Assembly: GCA_947629695.1 (NCBI GenBank)
Contig: CANREQ010000001.1
Location: 1-51,949, forward strand
Reading direction: 5' to 3'
From: an uncultured Clostridia bacterium
Lineage (GTDB): Bacteria > Bacillota > Clostridia > Christensenellales > Borkfalkiaceae
Length of the DNA stretch: 51,949 nucleotides
The notes under the pieces were generated by a model. That model saw only the letters and a program-made list of their open reading frames with translations, was not told where the DNA came from and ran no database searches. Shown piece by piece: positions 31,847 to 40,408 of this stretch. The position numbers and the translations under genes are program-made. Position 1 is the stretch's first letter. Each line of letters begins with the position of its first letter.

Positions 31847-32821
31847 ATGCAAAAAACGCTTTCCGTGATAGATCTGCGCGCGATCCGCTCAAACGCGGAA
31901 TATGTCCGCACTCTTATAGGCGACAGATTTTTCTACGCCGTAGTCAAGGCCGACGCCTACGGACACGGCGCGGAGGAAGCGGCGCAGGCCCTGTCGGATA
32001 TAGCCGACGGCTTTTGCGTCGCCATAGTGGACGAGGGCGCAAGTCTGCGCGTATGCGGGGTGAACAAACCCATACTTGTCCTCACTCCGCTTATGGATAA
32101 ATGCGATGCGGAAAAGGCGGCCTATTACGGCCTCACGCCCACCGTCGGCGACGAGCGTTCCGCCCGCCTTGCAAAGGGCATGCGCTGTCATATCGCCGTA
32201 AATACCGGCATGAACAGATACGGTTGCCGCGGAAAGGAGTTGGACGGCGTCCTCTCGCTCATCCCGCCGGACGGGGTGGAGGGAGTGTTCACGCACATGT
32301 ACGCCGCCCGCAGCCAAAGGCACTGCGCGGCGCAGTTTTCGCACTTTATGACGGAAGTTGAAAGGGTGAAAAGGCACAGCCCTTCAGCCCTTTGCCATAT
32401 GTCGGCAAGCGGCGGGATACTGCGCGGCGGAAAATATCTTTTAAGCGGCGTGCGTTGCGGTTTGCTGTTGTACGGCTACGCGCCGGAGGGATTTCATTGT
32501 AAAAATCTTTCGCCCGCCCTCAAAGTTTACGCCCGCCTATCACAGGAAGTCGCCCCGACGGGTTCGGGCATAGGTTACAACGTCGCGGACGAAGATTACA
32601 AAAGGCTGTACACGTACAGGCTTGGCTATGCAGACGGGTTTTTCAGGGGCGTTCCGCTCGGGGAAAAGACGCTTTGCATGGACAGTTTCATAAGCCGTTA
32701 TCATAGGGATTTGATGCCCGTGATGACGGACGCGGCTGCTTACGCGGCGCGTTGCGGCACAATCCCCTATGAGGTTTTGTGCTCGGTCACGAGAAGAAGC
32801 GAGAGGATATATTTGCGGTGA
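31847..32821 (+). CDS. alr: alanine racemase (compact form)
   Basis: 324 aa with AVVKADAYGHGA (PLP Lys) and RLGYADGF (catalytic Tyr region). It is shorter than typical Alr proteins. Confidence 0.85.
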   Translation: MQKTLSVIDLRAIRSNAEYVRTLIGDRFFYAVVKADAYGHGAEEAAQALSDIADGFCVAIVDEGASLRVCGVNKPILVLTPLMDKCDAEKAAYYGLTPTVGDERSARLAKGMRCHIAVNTGMNRYGCRGKELDGVLSLIPPDGVEGVFTHMYAARSQRHCAAQFSHFMTEVERVKRHSPSALCHMSASGGILRGGKYLLSGVRCGLLLYGYAPEGFHCKNLSPALKVYARLSQEVAPTGSGIGYNVADEDYKRLYTYRLGYADGFFRGVPLGEKTLCMDSFISRYHRDLMPVMTDAAAYAARCGTIPYEVLCSVTRRSERIYLR

Positions 32822-33369
32822 GCGATAAAGAGCAGTTGCGCTATAAATACAAGATCAAGAGGAAATATTTCCAGCATGCCGCGCGCGAGGTCGCGGACGG
32901 GGCCGTTTTGGACGCGGCTCTTTCGGCATACTCCTGTTATGACAGTTTTTTTATCTATCACAGCTACGGCTCGGAGGCGGATACCCATACGCTGATAGAC
33001 GAGCTTTTAAAGGCGGACAAGCGCGTGTATCTTCCCCGCATAGAGGGCGGCGAAATGCTCGCCGTGCGATATTTCGGGGACGGTTCCGCGCTCGTGAAAA
33101 ACTCATTTGGGATATATGAGCCGTCGGGTGAGCCCGCAAATGAAGAGATAGATATTTGCATAACTCCGCTCCTCGCCGTAAATCCGCAGGGTTACAGATT
33201 GGGCTACGGCGGGGGATATTACGACAGATATTTTTCCGCGCATAAGGGCATACGCCGCGTGGGGCTCGGATATTTTTTGCAGTACGGGGAAGGATTCGCA
33301 CCCGAAAAATGGGACGAGCCCTTGGATGAATTTGTGTGCGAAAGGGGGATAATATATTTTGGCAGATAA
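32818..33369 (+). CDS. 5-formyltetrahydrofolate cyclo-ligase
   Basis: Contains the GYGGGYYDR motif. The GTG start at 32818 overlaps the alr stop (GTGA). Confidence 0.85.
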   Translation: MSDKEQLRYKYKIKRKYFQHAAREVADGAVLDAALSAYSCYDSFFIYHSYGSEADTHTLIDELLKADKRVYLPRIEGGEMLAVRYFGDGSALVKNSFGIYEPSGEPANEEIDICITPLLAVNPQGYRLGYGGGYYDRYFSAHKGIRRVGLGYFLQYGEGFAPEKWDEPLDEFVCERGIIYFGR

Positions 33370-33991
33370 CATACAGCTGGAGCAGATAACCTACTCCAAA
33401 AAGCGCAAGTTTTTGTTCGAGTTGAATGATTTGCTCGCGGGCATAGCCTTCCCGTTTATAATTTCGGTTATTTTCAGCGCGACGGTCATAAGTTTTTCCG
33501 CATACGACGGCGACCTCGCAATATCCTTGCTCGCGCTTATCGGCGGCGAAGTGATGTTTGTAGCGGCCATGTTCATATTCGGCAGGGCAAACGGCGCGGC
33601 GGCATACAAAAAGACTATTTTGTACGACAGAAAGCGTTCCCTCGGCTCCTCGGACGAGCTCGCGGTCTACGGCACGGGGGAGTACAAGCTTTGGAAGGGC
33701 GCGTTCATAGGCTTTGCGGTCTGCATACCCTTCATAATAATACAGCTCATAGAGCTGTGCGTGCACAACACGTTCTGTTCCTTTTGCCTCCGCTACATCT
33801 TCGCGTGGGCGTATTGCCCTTTCAGCTACCTCGGCGAAAGGTTTGAAGCTTTGAATTTCATTATGATATTGTTGCCCGTATTGACGCACATGCTGGGTTA
33901 TTTCCTCGGCAAGCTCAAGCAGATCAAGGTGCAGGAAGAGCTCGCCTCTCAGGAGTTGGAGAGCAAAAAGGGCAAGAGGAGGAAAAAGTGA
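33359..33991 (+). CDS. membrane protein of unknown function
   Basis: 210 aa with about 5 TM helices. It has a TTG start with an AGGGGGA RBS and overlaps the upstream gene by 11 nt. Confidence 0.6.
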   Translation: MADNIQLEQITYSKKRKFLFELNDLLAGIAFPFIISVIFSATVISFSAYDGDLAISLLALIGGEVMFVAAMFIFGRANGAAAYKKTILYDRKRSLGSSDELAVYGTGEYKLWKGAFIGFAVCIPFIIIQLIELCVHNTFCSFCLRYIFAWAYCPFSYLGERFEALNFIMILLPVLTHMLGYFLGKLKQIKVQEELASQELESKKGKRRKK

Positions 33992-34539
33992 GGGTCATAA
34001 GCGGCAAATGGCGCGGAATACCCCTCGCCGAGTTTGAGGGCGACGACATAAGGCCGACGGCGGACAGGGTAAAGGAGAGCCTTTTCAACATAATTTCTTC
34101 CCGCGTCGCGGGCGCGTCCGCGCTCGATCTGTTCTGCGGGAGCGGGAGTTTGGGTATAGAGTGCCTTTCGCGCGGGGCAAAGAGCGTCGCGTTCAACGAT
34201 AATTCCCTTTCCTCGCTCGCGGTTTTGGGCAAAAATCTCGCAAAACTCAGGTGCACCGGGGGCTACACGATAACGCAATCCGACTACCTCGCCTTTTTGA
34301 AGGCGGCCAAGGTGCGCTACGATATAATATTCATAGACCCGCCCTACCGCCTCGAGTACGGTCAACCCGCGCTCGAAGTCATCGCCCGCCGCGGGCTTTT
34401 GAAAAAGGACGGCATCGCCATATACGAGCGGGATATGAAGTTTTACGGCCGCGTCGAGGGCCTCGAGATTTTCGACGAGAGGAAATACGGCAAGGCCCAT
34501 CTTACCTTTTTCAGGGCTAGCCAAGGGGAGAAAAGATGA
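33988..34539 (+). CDS. rsmD: 16S rRNA (guanine966-N2)-methyltransferase
   Basis: 183 aa with IRPT.DRVKE.LFN, DLFCGSG.LGIE and DPPY motifs. It has a GTG start and an AGGAGG RBS. Confidence 0.9.
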   Translation: MRVISGKWRGIPLAEFEGDDIRPTADRVKESLFNIISSRVAGASALDLFCGSGSLGIECLSRGAKSVAFNDNSLSSLAVLGKNLAKLRCTGGYTITQSDYLAFLKAAKVRYDIIFIDPPYRLEYGQPALEVIARRGLLKKDGIAIYERDMKFYGRVEGLEIFDERKYGKAHLTFFRASQGEKR

Positions 34540-35024
34540 AAAAATGCGTATTTGCGGGCACTTTCGATCCGCCCACCGTCGGGCATAAAGCGGTGGTGGA
34601 AAATTGCCTGAAAATTTTCGACGAGGTGGTTGTCGCCGTAATGGAGAACACCTCAAAGCACAGCCTTCTGACTTCGGAAGAGCGCGTCATGTTGCTCAAA
34701 AAGATATTCGCGTCTTACCCCTCGGTGCGCGTCCGCCCCTTCTGGGGAGCGGCCGTGGACATTCTCGCCGAGGAAAACACGCCCTTTTACGTACGCGGCG
34801 TGCGCGACTGCATAGATTTCGAGTACGAAAAGCGGGATATGTTCGCCAGCCGCAAGCTCATGCCGGACATGGTGACGCTGTTTATCCCCGCCGAGCAGGA
34901 ACAGTTGCAGATAAGCTCCACGCTCGTGCGCAATTCCATACACTTCGATAAGTCTTGGGAGGATTACGTTCCCGAGGAGATAAAGGACGATTTGAGAAAA
35001 TTGACGGAGAAAAGAGATGTTTGA
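34536..35024 (+). CDS. coaD: pantetheine-phosphate adenylyltransferase
   Basis: 162 aa with GTFDPPTVGH and ISSTLVR motifs. Confidence 0.95.
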   Translation: MKKCVFAGTFDPPTVGHKAVVENCLKIFDEVVVAVMENTSKHSLLTSEERVMLLKKIFASYPSVRVRPFWGAAVDILAEENTPFYVRGVRDCIDFEYEKRDMFASRKLMPDMVTLFIPAEQEQLQISSTLVRNSIHFDKSWEDYVPEEIKDDLRKLTEKRDV

Positions 35025-36039
35025 AAAGCAGGTCAAAATACCCGAACCCGAAGAGATTAAGGCGGATATACCCCTTTCCCCGCGCCTTGCGGAGATAAAA
35101 AAGCAGAGGGACAAGGCGATAGCCGAAGTTATAGAGGGCAAAAGCGATAAAATGCTTGTGATAGTCGGCCCCTGTTCCGCTCACGCCGAAGCGCCCGTGC
35201 TCGATTACGTGGAAAGGTTGGGCAAGCTCAACGACGAGGTAAAAGACAAACTCGTTATAGTCCCTCGCATATACACCAACAAACCGCGCACCAAGGGCGT
35301 CGGATATAAGGGGATGTTCTCCCAGCCCGATCCCTCAAAGCAGGAGGACATCGTAAAGGGAATAAAGACCATACGCGACCTCAATATAAAGGCGATAGAG
35401 GTAAGCGGCCTTTCCGCCGCGGACGAAATGCTCTATCCCGCAAATTACGGCTATGTTGACGATCTGCTCTCCTACGTCGCGGTGGGCGCGCGGAGTTCGG
35501 AAAACCAGCTCCACAGGCTGACGGCAAGCGGAATGGACGTGGCGGTCGGCATAAAAAACCCGATGAGCGGCTCCATACTTGTGCTTATGAACTCCATATA
35601 CGCCGCCCAGAGCGGACAGATATTCAAGCTCAACGGCTGGCAGGTCAAGACGAGCGGCAATCCCCTCGCCCACGCCATACTTCGCGGCGCGGTGGACGGA
35701 AGCGGGCGGGATATTCCCAACTTCCACTACGAGACGGTAATGGAAATAATAGAGGGCTACGCCAAGACGGAGCTCAAAAACCCCGCGATAATAATAGACG
35801 CAAACCACTCCAACAGCGGCAAAAAGTGCCGTCACCAGATAAGGATATGCGAGGAGGTCATGAACAACCGCCTCTACGACAATGACTTCAAAAGATACGT
35901 CAAGGGCTTCATGATAGAGAGCTTTATCGAGGAAGGAAACCAGACCGAGGACAAGATATACGGCAAATCCATAACCGACCCCTGCCTCGGCTGGGAGGAT
36001 ACCGCCCGCCTTTTGCGCGATATAGCGGCAAAGGTGTGA
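35017..36039 (+). CDS. 3-deoxy-7-phosphoheptulonate (DAHP) synthase, class I
   Basis: 340 aa with VIVGPCS.H, KPRT and IDANHSNSGK motifs. The start overlaps the end of coaD by 8 nt. Confidence 0.85.
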   Translation: MFEKQVKIPEPEEIKADIPLSPRLAEIKKQRDKAIAEVIEGKSDKMLVIVGPCSAHAEAPVLDYVERLGKLNDEVKDKLVIVPRIYTNKPRTKGVGYKGMFSQPDPSKQEDIVKGIKTIRDLNIKAIEVSGLSAADEMLYPANYGYVDDLLSYVAVGARSSENQLHRLTASGMDVAVGIKNPMSGSILVLMNSIYAAQSGQIFKLNGWQVKTSGNPLAHAILRGAVDGSGRDIPNFHYETVMEIIEGYAKTELKNPAIIIDANHSNSGKKCRHQIRICEEVMNNRLYDNDFKRYVKGFMIESFIEEGNQTEDKIYGKSITDPCLGWEDTARLLRDIAAKV

Positions 36040-36058
36040 TTTATTTACGGGTGAAAAC

Positions 36059-36877
36059 ATGATAGGTTATCTCGGCCCCGAGGGCTCGTACAGCGAAATA
36101 GCCGCCGAAAGGCTGAAAAAGGGCGAAAGCAAGAGGGCGTATCCCACCTTTCCGCTCCTTATAAGCGCGCTCAAAAGGGGGGATATAGACAGCGCGGCAG
36201 TGCCCGTGGGCAATTCGCTCAACGGCGCGGTTGTGCAGAACCTCGACCTCTTGCAGGACATGGACGGCTTTTGCGCCGTCGCCTCGTGCGCGGTCGGAAT
36301 CGACCACCGCCTCGTCACGAGGGAGGGCGCGCCTTTAAGCGGCATAAAGCGCATATATTCCCACGCGCAGGCCCTCGGACAGTGCGCACGTTATCTCAAC
36401 AACAATTTTCCCTCGGCCGCGCTCATGCAGTGCCAATCGACTTCCGGCTGTCTTGAGCTGATTAAGTCGGACAGCGACGCGGGCATAGTCGGGCCGCAAT
36501 GCAAGCGCGAAGGCTTCACCCTTTCCGACGAGTGCATATCCGACGAAAAGAACAATTACACCCTCTTTTTGCTCATCGTGCGCGGCGCACCCGACGAAAG
36601 CGCGTCTACGGACAGGATATTTTTCTCCCTCACCTGCCGCCACGAGGTGGGCGCCCTCGTCAAAATGCTGTCCATACTTTCGGACAACGGGCTCAACATG
36701 ACAAAGATAGAAAGCCGCCCCATAAAGGACAGGGTTTGGGAATATCGCTTTTTCATAGAGGTGGAGGGCGATTATTCGGACGCGGAAGTGCGCGCCGCAA
36801 TACAAAAGGTGAGCGCCCGCGCGTCCTCTTTCAAACTCCTCGGGTGCTATAAAATACTCTCACAGCAGGGAGATTAG
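36059..36877 (+). CDS. pheA: prephenate dehydratase (PDT + ACT domains)
   Basis: 272 aa with GPEGSYSE, a T(L/R)F-type segment and the ACT-domain motif ESRP. Confidence 0.9.
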   Translation: MIGYLGPEGSYSEIAAERLKKGESKRAYPTFPLLISALKRGDIDSAAVPVGNSLNGAVVQNLDLLQDMDGFCAVASCAVGIDHRLVTREGAPLSGIKRIYSHAQALGQCARYLNNNFPSAALMQCQSTSGCLELIKSDSDAGIVGPQCKREGFTLSDECISDEKNNYTLFLLIVRGAPDESASTDRIFFSLTCRHEVGALVKMLSILSDNGLNMTKIESRPIKDRVWEYRFFIEVEGDYSDAEVRAAIQKVSARASSFKLLGCYKILSQQGD

Positions 36878-37807
36878 ACACAGCAGACAAAAGCAGACAA
36901 TTCCCTGTACGAATTTGAACAGGGTGAAATAACCCGCGCTTACGCCGCATTTGCCGAGGTAACCCGATTGTTGGGCTATGATCGACGCCCCGCCGAAAGT
37001 TATCAAAAATCCGGCAAGCGGCAGTGCGAAAAATCCGCCCGCGCCCGCAAGCGCAAAGCAACCGCCCGTCGCCTCGCACAGTCCCGAGCAGACCGCGGCG
37101 GCTGTTTCTTCTCCGAATAGCGGGGAAAGCGCGTAAATAAGCGGCGCAAACAGCCCGAGGCCTTGCAATGCGACGGCGAGGGTGTGGAAAAACGCAATAT
37201 ATCCGCCCGCAAGGCAGACGGCGGTCACCGCGCCGTAAAAGCTGTCGTACAGCGCGTCGCCCTTGGGCGCTATCGGCTTTATCTCCCGCCGCGCATTTGC
37301 GCCTTTCCGCTTCGGTAAAGCGTATAAAACAGTCGTGGAAAGTACCGAAGTTATACAGGCAAAGAGCAGTTTGACCCCCGCCGAACCGCCGCCGAACGCC
37401 TTGAAGCCCACCGTTCCCACAATAAACAGCGGGCCCGCGGTGGAGCATAGCGGCGCAAGCACACGGCAATCGTCCTTGCTCACATATCCCAAGGAGCAAT
37501 ATTCGCTCACCATTTTGCTACCCGCGGGATAGCCGGAAATTGCGCTCAGCGCAAACAGCGGCGCGGCGCTTTCGGGCAGATGTACGCGCCCGCATATGCG
37601 CTTCAGCGGCGCGGCCGCGCAGTCGGCGGCCCCCGTCTTTATCAAAAACCCGCTTATGACCATAAAGGGAAATAGGGAAGGAAGCACGCTTTCCGCCCAT
37701 ATCGTGAACCCCTCCAAACATGCGGGCACATATTTTTGCGGAAAGAGCAATATTGCGGCGGCGAGGAAGATGAAGGGTGCGCACATTATACACTTTTTGA
37801 TTTTCAT
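36860..37807 (-). CDS. ylbJ: YlbJ-like sporulation integral membrane protein (nucleoside-recognition/Gate domain)
   Basis: It has a polytopic N-terminus, MKIKKC..FLAAAILLFP.....A..G...W...VLPSLFPF. It sits next to coaD/rsmD and patatin, as in Bacillus (ylbH-ylbI-ylbJ-ylbK). Confidence 0.65.
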   Translation of the reverse strand: MKIKKCIMCAPFIFLAAAILLFPQKYVPACLEGFTIWAESVLPSLFPFMVISGFLIKTGAADCAAAPLKRICGRVHLPESAAPLFALSAISGYPAGSKMVSEYCSLGYVSKDDCRVLAPLCSTAGPLFIVGTVGFKAFGGGSAGVKLLFACITSVLSTTVLYALPKRKGANARREIKPIAPKGDALYDSFYGAVTAVCLAGGYIAFFHTLAVALQGLGLFAPLIYALSPLFGEETAAAVCSGLCEATGGCFALAGAGGFFALPLAGFLITFGGASIIAQQSGYLGKCGVSAGYFTLFKFVQGIVCFCLLCLISLL

Positions 37808-37839
37808 TTGTACATATTTATTTGCGAGGTGTAAAAAAT

Positions 37840-38634
37840 ATGAGTAAAAAATTGGGCTTGGCATTGGGCGCGGGCGGCTCCCGCGGGGTCGCGCACATAG
37901 GCGTGTTGCGCGCGTTGGAAGAGGAGGGGATAACCCCCTCTTATATTTCGGGCAGCTCTATGGGCGCGATAATAGGCGCGTGCTATGCGAAGGGAATGTC
38001 CATTGACGAAATGCTCGGGGCCGTCCTCAAATTAAAGACCGTTCAGCTCCTCGACCCCGCGACCCTTCCCGTAAAGCAGATGGGGCTCTTCAAGGGCAAA
38101 AAGATGAACGCAATGCTATTGAATAATATCGGCGATATAGACTTTTCGGAGCTGAAAATACCCTTCACCTGCGTCGCAAACGACCTCCTTTCGGGCAAGT
38201 GCGTGACATTGGGAGAGGGCAAGGTTACGGACGCGGTGTGCGCCTCTTCGACAATCCCGGGGGTATTCAAGCCCTTCCGCCTCAACGATATGTTGCTTAT
38301 AGACGGCGGCGTGCTCTGCCGCGTTCCCACCGAGCAGGTGCGCGCAATGGGCGCGGAGGCAGTGATAGCGGTGGACGTTCTCACAAACACCTACGAGGAG
38401 CGCACGCACATAAAAAATCTGATGTCAATGGTTTTCCGCGTCTACGACATGATGGACGGCAACGCCGCGGCGATGAAGAAAAAGCTGACAATGCGCGAAA
38501 ACGAGATCTGGATAGAGCCGGAGATCCCCAACATGAGCCAATATGTCACCAAGGACATGGACAGAGCGTATGAGATAGGCTATTCGTCAACCAAGGCGAA
38601 GATGGAAGAAATAAAGCAAATGCTCTTAAATTGA
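37840..38634 (+). CDS. patatin-like phospholipase (YlbK-like)
   Basis: Contains GAGGSRG (oxyanion hole), GSSMG (GxSxG) and DGG (catalytic Asp). Confidence 0.85.
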   Translation: MSKKLGLALGAGGSRGVAHIGVLRALEEEGITPSYISGSSMGAIIGACYAKGMSIDEMLGAVLKLKTVQLLDPATLPVKQMGLFKGKKMNAMLLNNIGDIDFSELKIPFTCVANDLLSGKCVTLGEGKVTDAVCASSTIPGVFKPFRLNDMLLIDGGVLCRVPTEQVRAMGAEAVIAVDVLTNTYEERTHIKNLMSMVFRVYDMMDGNAAAMKKKLTMRENEIWIEPEIPNMSQYVTKDMDRAYEIGYSSTKAKMEEIKQMLLN

Positions 38635-38646
38635 GCGTAAAATATT

Positions 38647-39960
38647 ATGGATCTGTTCGATTTTTCTCCCGCAAAGGAGAACGCAAAGCCGCTCGCCGAA
38701 AGGATGCGCGCAAACAACTTAAATGATTTCATCGGCCAGAAGCACATAGTGGCGGAGGGGTCGCTTCTCCGCCGTGCGATCTCGCTCGACAGGCTGGGAA
38801 GCTGTATATTTTACGGCCCCCCGGGCACGGGCAAGACGACGCTTGCCAACATAATAGCATCGACCACGCACGGGGAATTTATCAAACTCAACGCGGTACA
38901 GGCGGGCGTCGCGGACGTAAAAGCGGCGGTAAAACAGGCGGAGGACAGCCTGAAAATGTTCGGCAAGCGCACATATCTCCTGCTCGACGAGTGCCACCGC
39001 TTCAACAAAACGCAGTCGGACAGCCTTCTCCCCGCGATAGAGCAGGGCACGATAATTTTTATAGGCTCCACTACAGAAAACCCCTACGCCTCGATGACCC
39101 CCGCGATAGTCTCGCGTTGCCGCGTGTTCGAGTTCAAATCCCTCTCCGAAGAGGACATAAAGGGCGCGCTTTTAAGGGCCTTGAAGGATGAAAGGCGGGG
39201 GCTCGGCGGATATGACGCGGAAGTTGACGGGGAGGCGATAGACCATATCGCGCGCATGGCTGGTGGAGATCTCAGAATGGCTTACAACGCCCTGGAGCTC
39301 GCCGTCCTGACCACGCCCGTCTCGCCCGACGGGGTCATTCACGTGCGCCTTTCCGACGCCGAGCAATCCATTCAGCGCAAGGCGCTATCCTACGGCGAGG
39401 ACGCGTTTTACGATTATCTTTCGGCCTTTTGCAAATCGCTCAGGGGAAGCGACTCCGACGCCGCGCTCTACTACGCCATGCGCCTTATAGAGGGCGGGTG
39501 CGACCCTATGATAATTTTGCGCCGCCTCGTGGTGCACTCATCCGAGGACGTGGGAATGGCCGACCCCCGCGCCCTGCAAATAGCTGTTTCCGCCATGTAC
39601 GCGTTTGAAAAAATAGGCTATCCCGAGGGACTCATTCCCCTGTCCAACGCCATAATTTACGTTTGCGAGGCTCCCAAGAGCAACAGCGTCGTAATTGCAA
39701 TGGAAGGGGCTAAGGCCGACGCGGTAAACGTGCGCGACGACGAGGGCGTGCCGGCGTATCTCCGCGATAATTCCTACGGGAGCAGGGAGGACAAAGCCCA
39801 ATCGCGTAACTATAAATACCCGCACGATTTCCCCAACGGCTACATAGATCAGCAGTACCTTCCAAACGCATTGAAGGACAGGGTCTATTATGTCCCCAAG
39901 GGCATGGGATATGAAAAGACGGTGGAAGAGATACGCGCCTTAAAGGGAAAGAAGAAATAA
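38647..39960 (+). CDS. rarA: replication-associated recombination protein A (AAA+ ATPase)
   Basis: 437 aa with GPPGTGKTT, LLDECHRF and the MgsA C-terminal domain. Confidence 0.9.
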   Translation: MDLFDFSPAKENAKPLAERMRANNLNDFIGQKHIVAEGSLLRRAISLDRLGSCIFYGPPGTGKTTLANIIASTTHGEFIKLNAVQAGVADVKAAVKQAEDSLKMFGKRTYLLLDECHRFNKTQSDSLLPAIEQGTIIFIGSTTENPYASMTPAIVSRCRVFEFKSLSEEDIKGALLRALKDERRGLGGYDAEVDGEAIDHIARMAGGDLRMAYNALELAVLTTPVSPDGVIHVRLSDAEQSIQRKALSYGEDAFYDYLSAFCKSLRGSDSDAALYYAMRLIEGGCDPMIILRRLVVHSSEDVGMADPRALQIAVSAMYAFEKIGYPEGLIPLSNAIIYVCEAPKSNSVVIAMEGAKADAVNVRDDEGVPAYLRDNSYGSREDKAQSRNYKYPHDFPNGYIDQQYLPNALKDRVYYVPKGMGYEKTVEEIRALKGKKK

Positions 39961-40021
39961 AGCGCAAATTTTGCGCGGAAAATATTTCAAACAAAATTAC
40001 GCATAAAATATGTAAAAACAA

Positions 40022-40050
40022 TTGACAATATTGCATAAACATAGTAATAT
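40022..40050 (+). promoter_or_regulatory. sigma-A-type promoter of the aspS leader
   Basis: TTGACA-17 nt-TAATAT. Confidence 0.5.
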
Positions 40051-40057
40051 AGACCTA

Positions 40058-40380
40058 ATAAATGAATAAAGCCGTGCGGAGCGATCCGCATGAAGCAAAG
40101 GCGACGACGGAGAAAAGTAGCGCGTTTTATCGCTCACAGAGAGCGTGGAACAGGTGAAAGCCACGCAGAATGAATACGCGCGAAGAACACTTCAGAGCCG
40201 CAACCCCAAAGCCGCGCCCGCGGCGAGTAGGCGTTGACGTGAGCCTGCGTTAAAGGCAAGGGTTTGTCAGAACCCGCAGAGCGATTGATATTTTTTCGAT
40301 AACTTGGGTGGCACCGCGGATATTCGTTCGTCCCGAGAGAATAAATTTTAAAAAATTTCTCTTGCGGCGGGCGTTTTTTT
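40058..40380 (+). promoter_or_regulatory. T-box leader (tRNA-sensing riboswitch) with terminator
   Basis: The stem I GA motif is GCGACGACGGAGAAAAGTA. An AGAGAG bulge and a GGTGAAAG distal loop are present. The T-box sequence is TTGGGTGGCACCGCGG (40303-40318), and a terminal hairpin precedes a T7 run (to 40380). Confidence 0.85.
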
Positions 40381-40408
40381 ATGCCTCCGTAAGCGTAAAG
40401 GAGGCGTT

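Noticed and set aside
37840-38634. The patatin-like phospholipase as a defence (CBASS-type) effector.
   Set aside because: There is no cyclase or other defence partner. The rsmD-coaD-...-ylbJ-patatin neighbourhood mirrors the housekeeping ylbH-ylbI-ylbJ-ylbK synteny of Bacillus.
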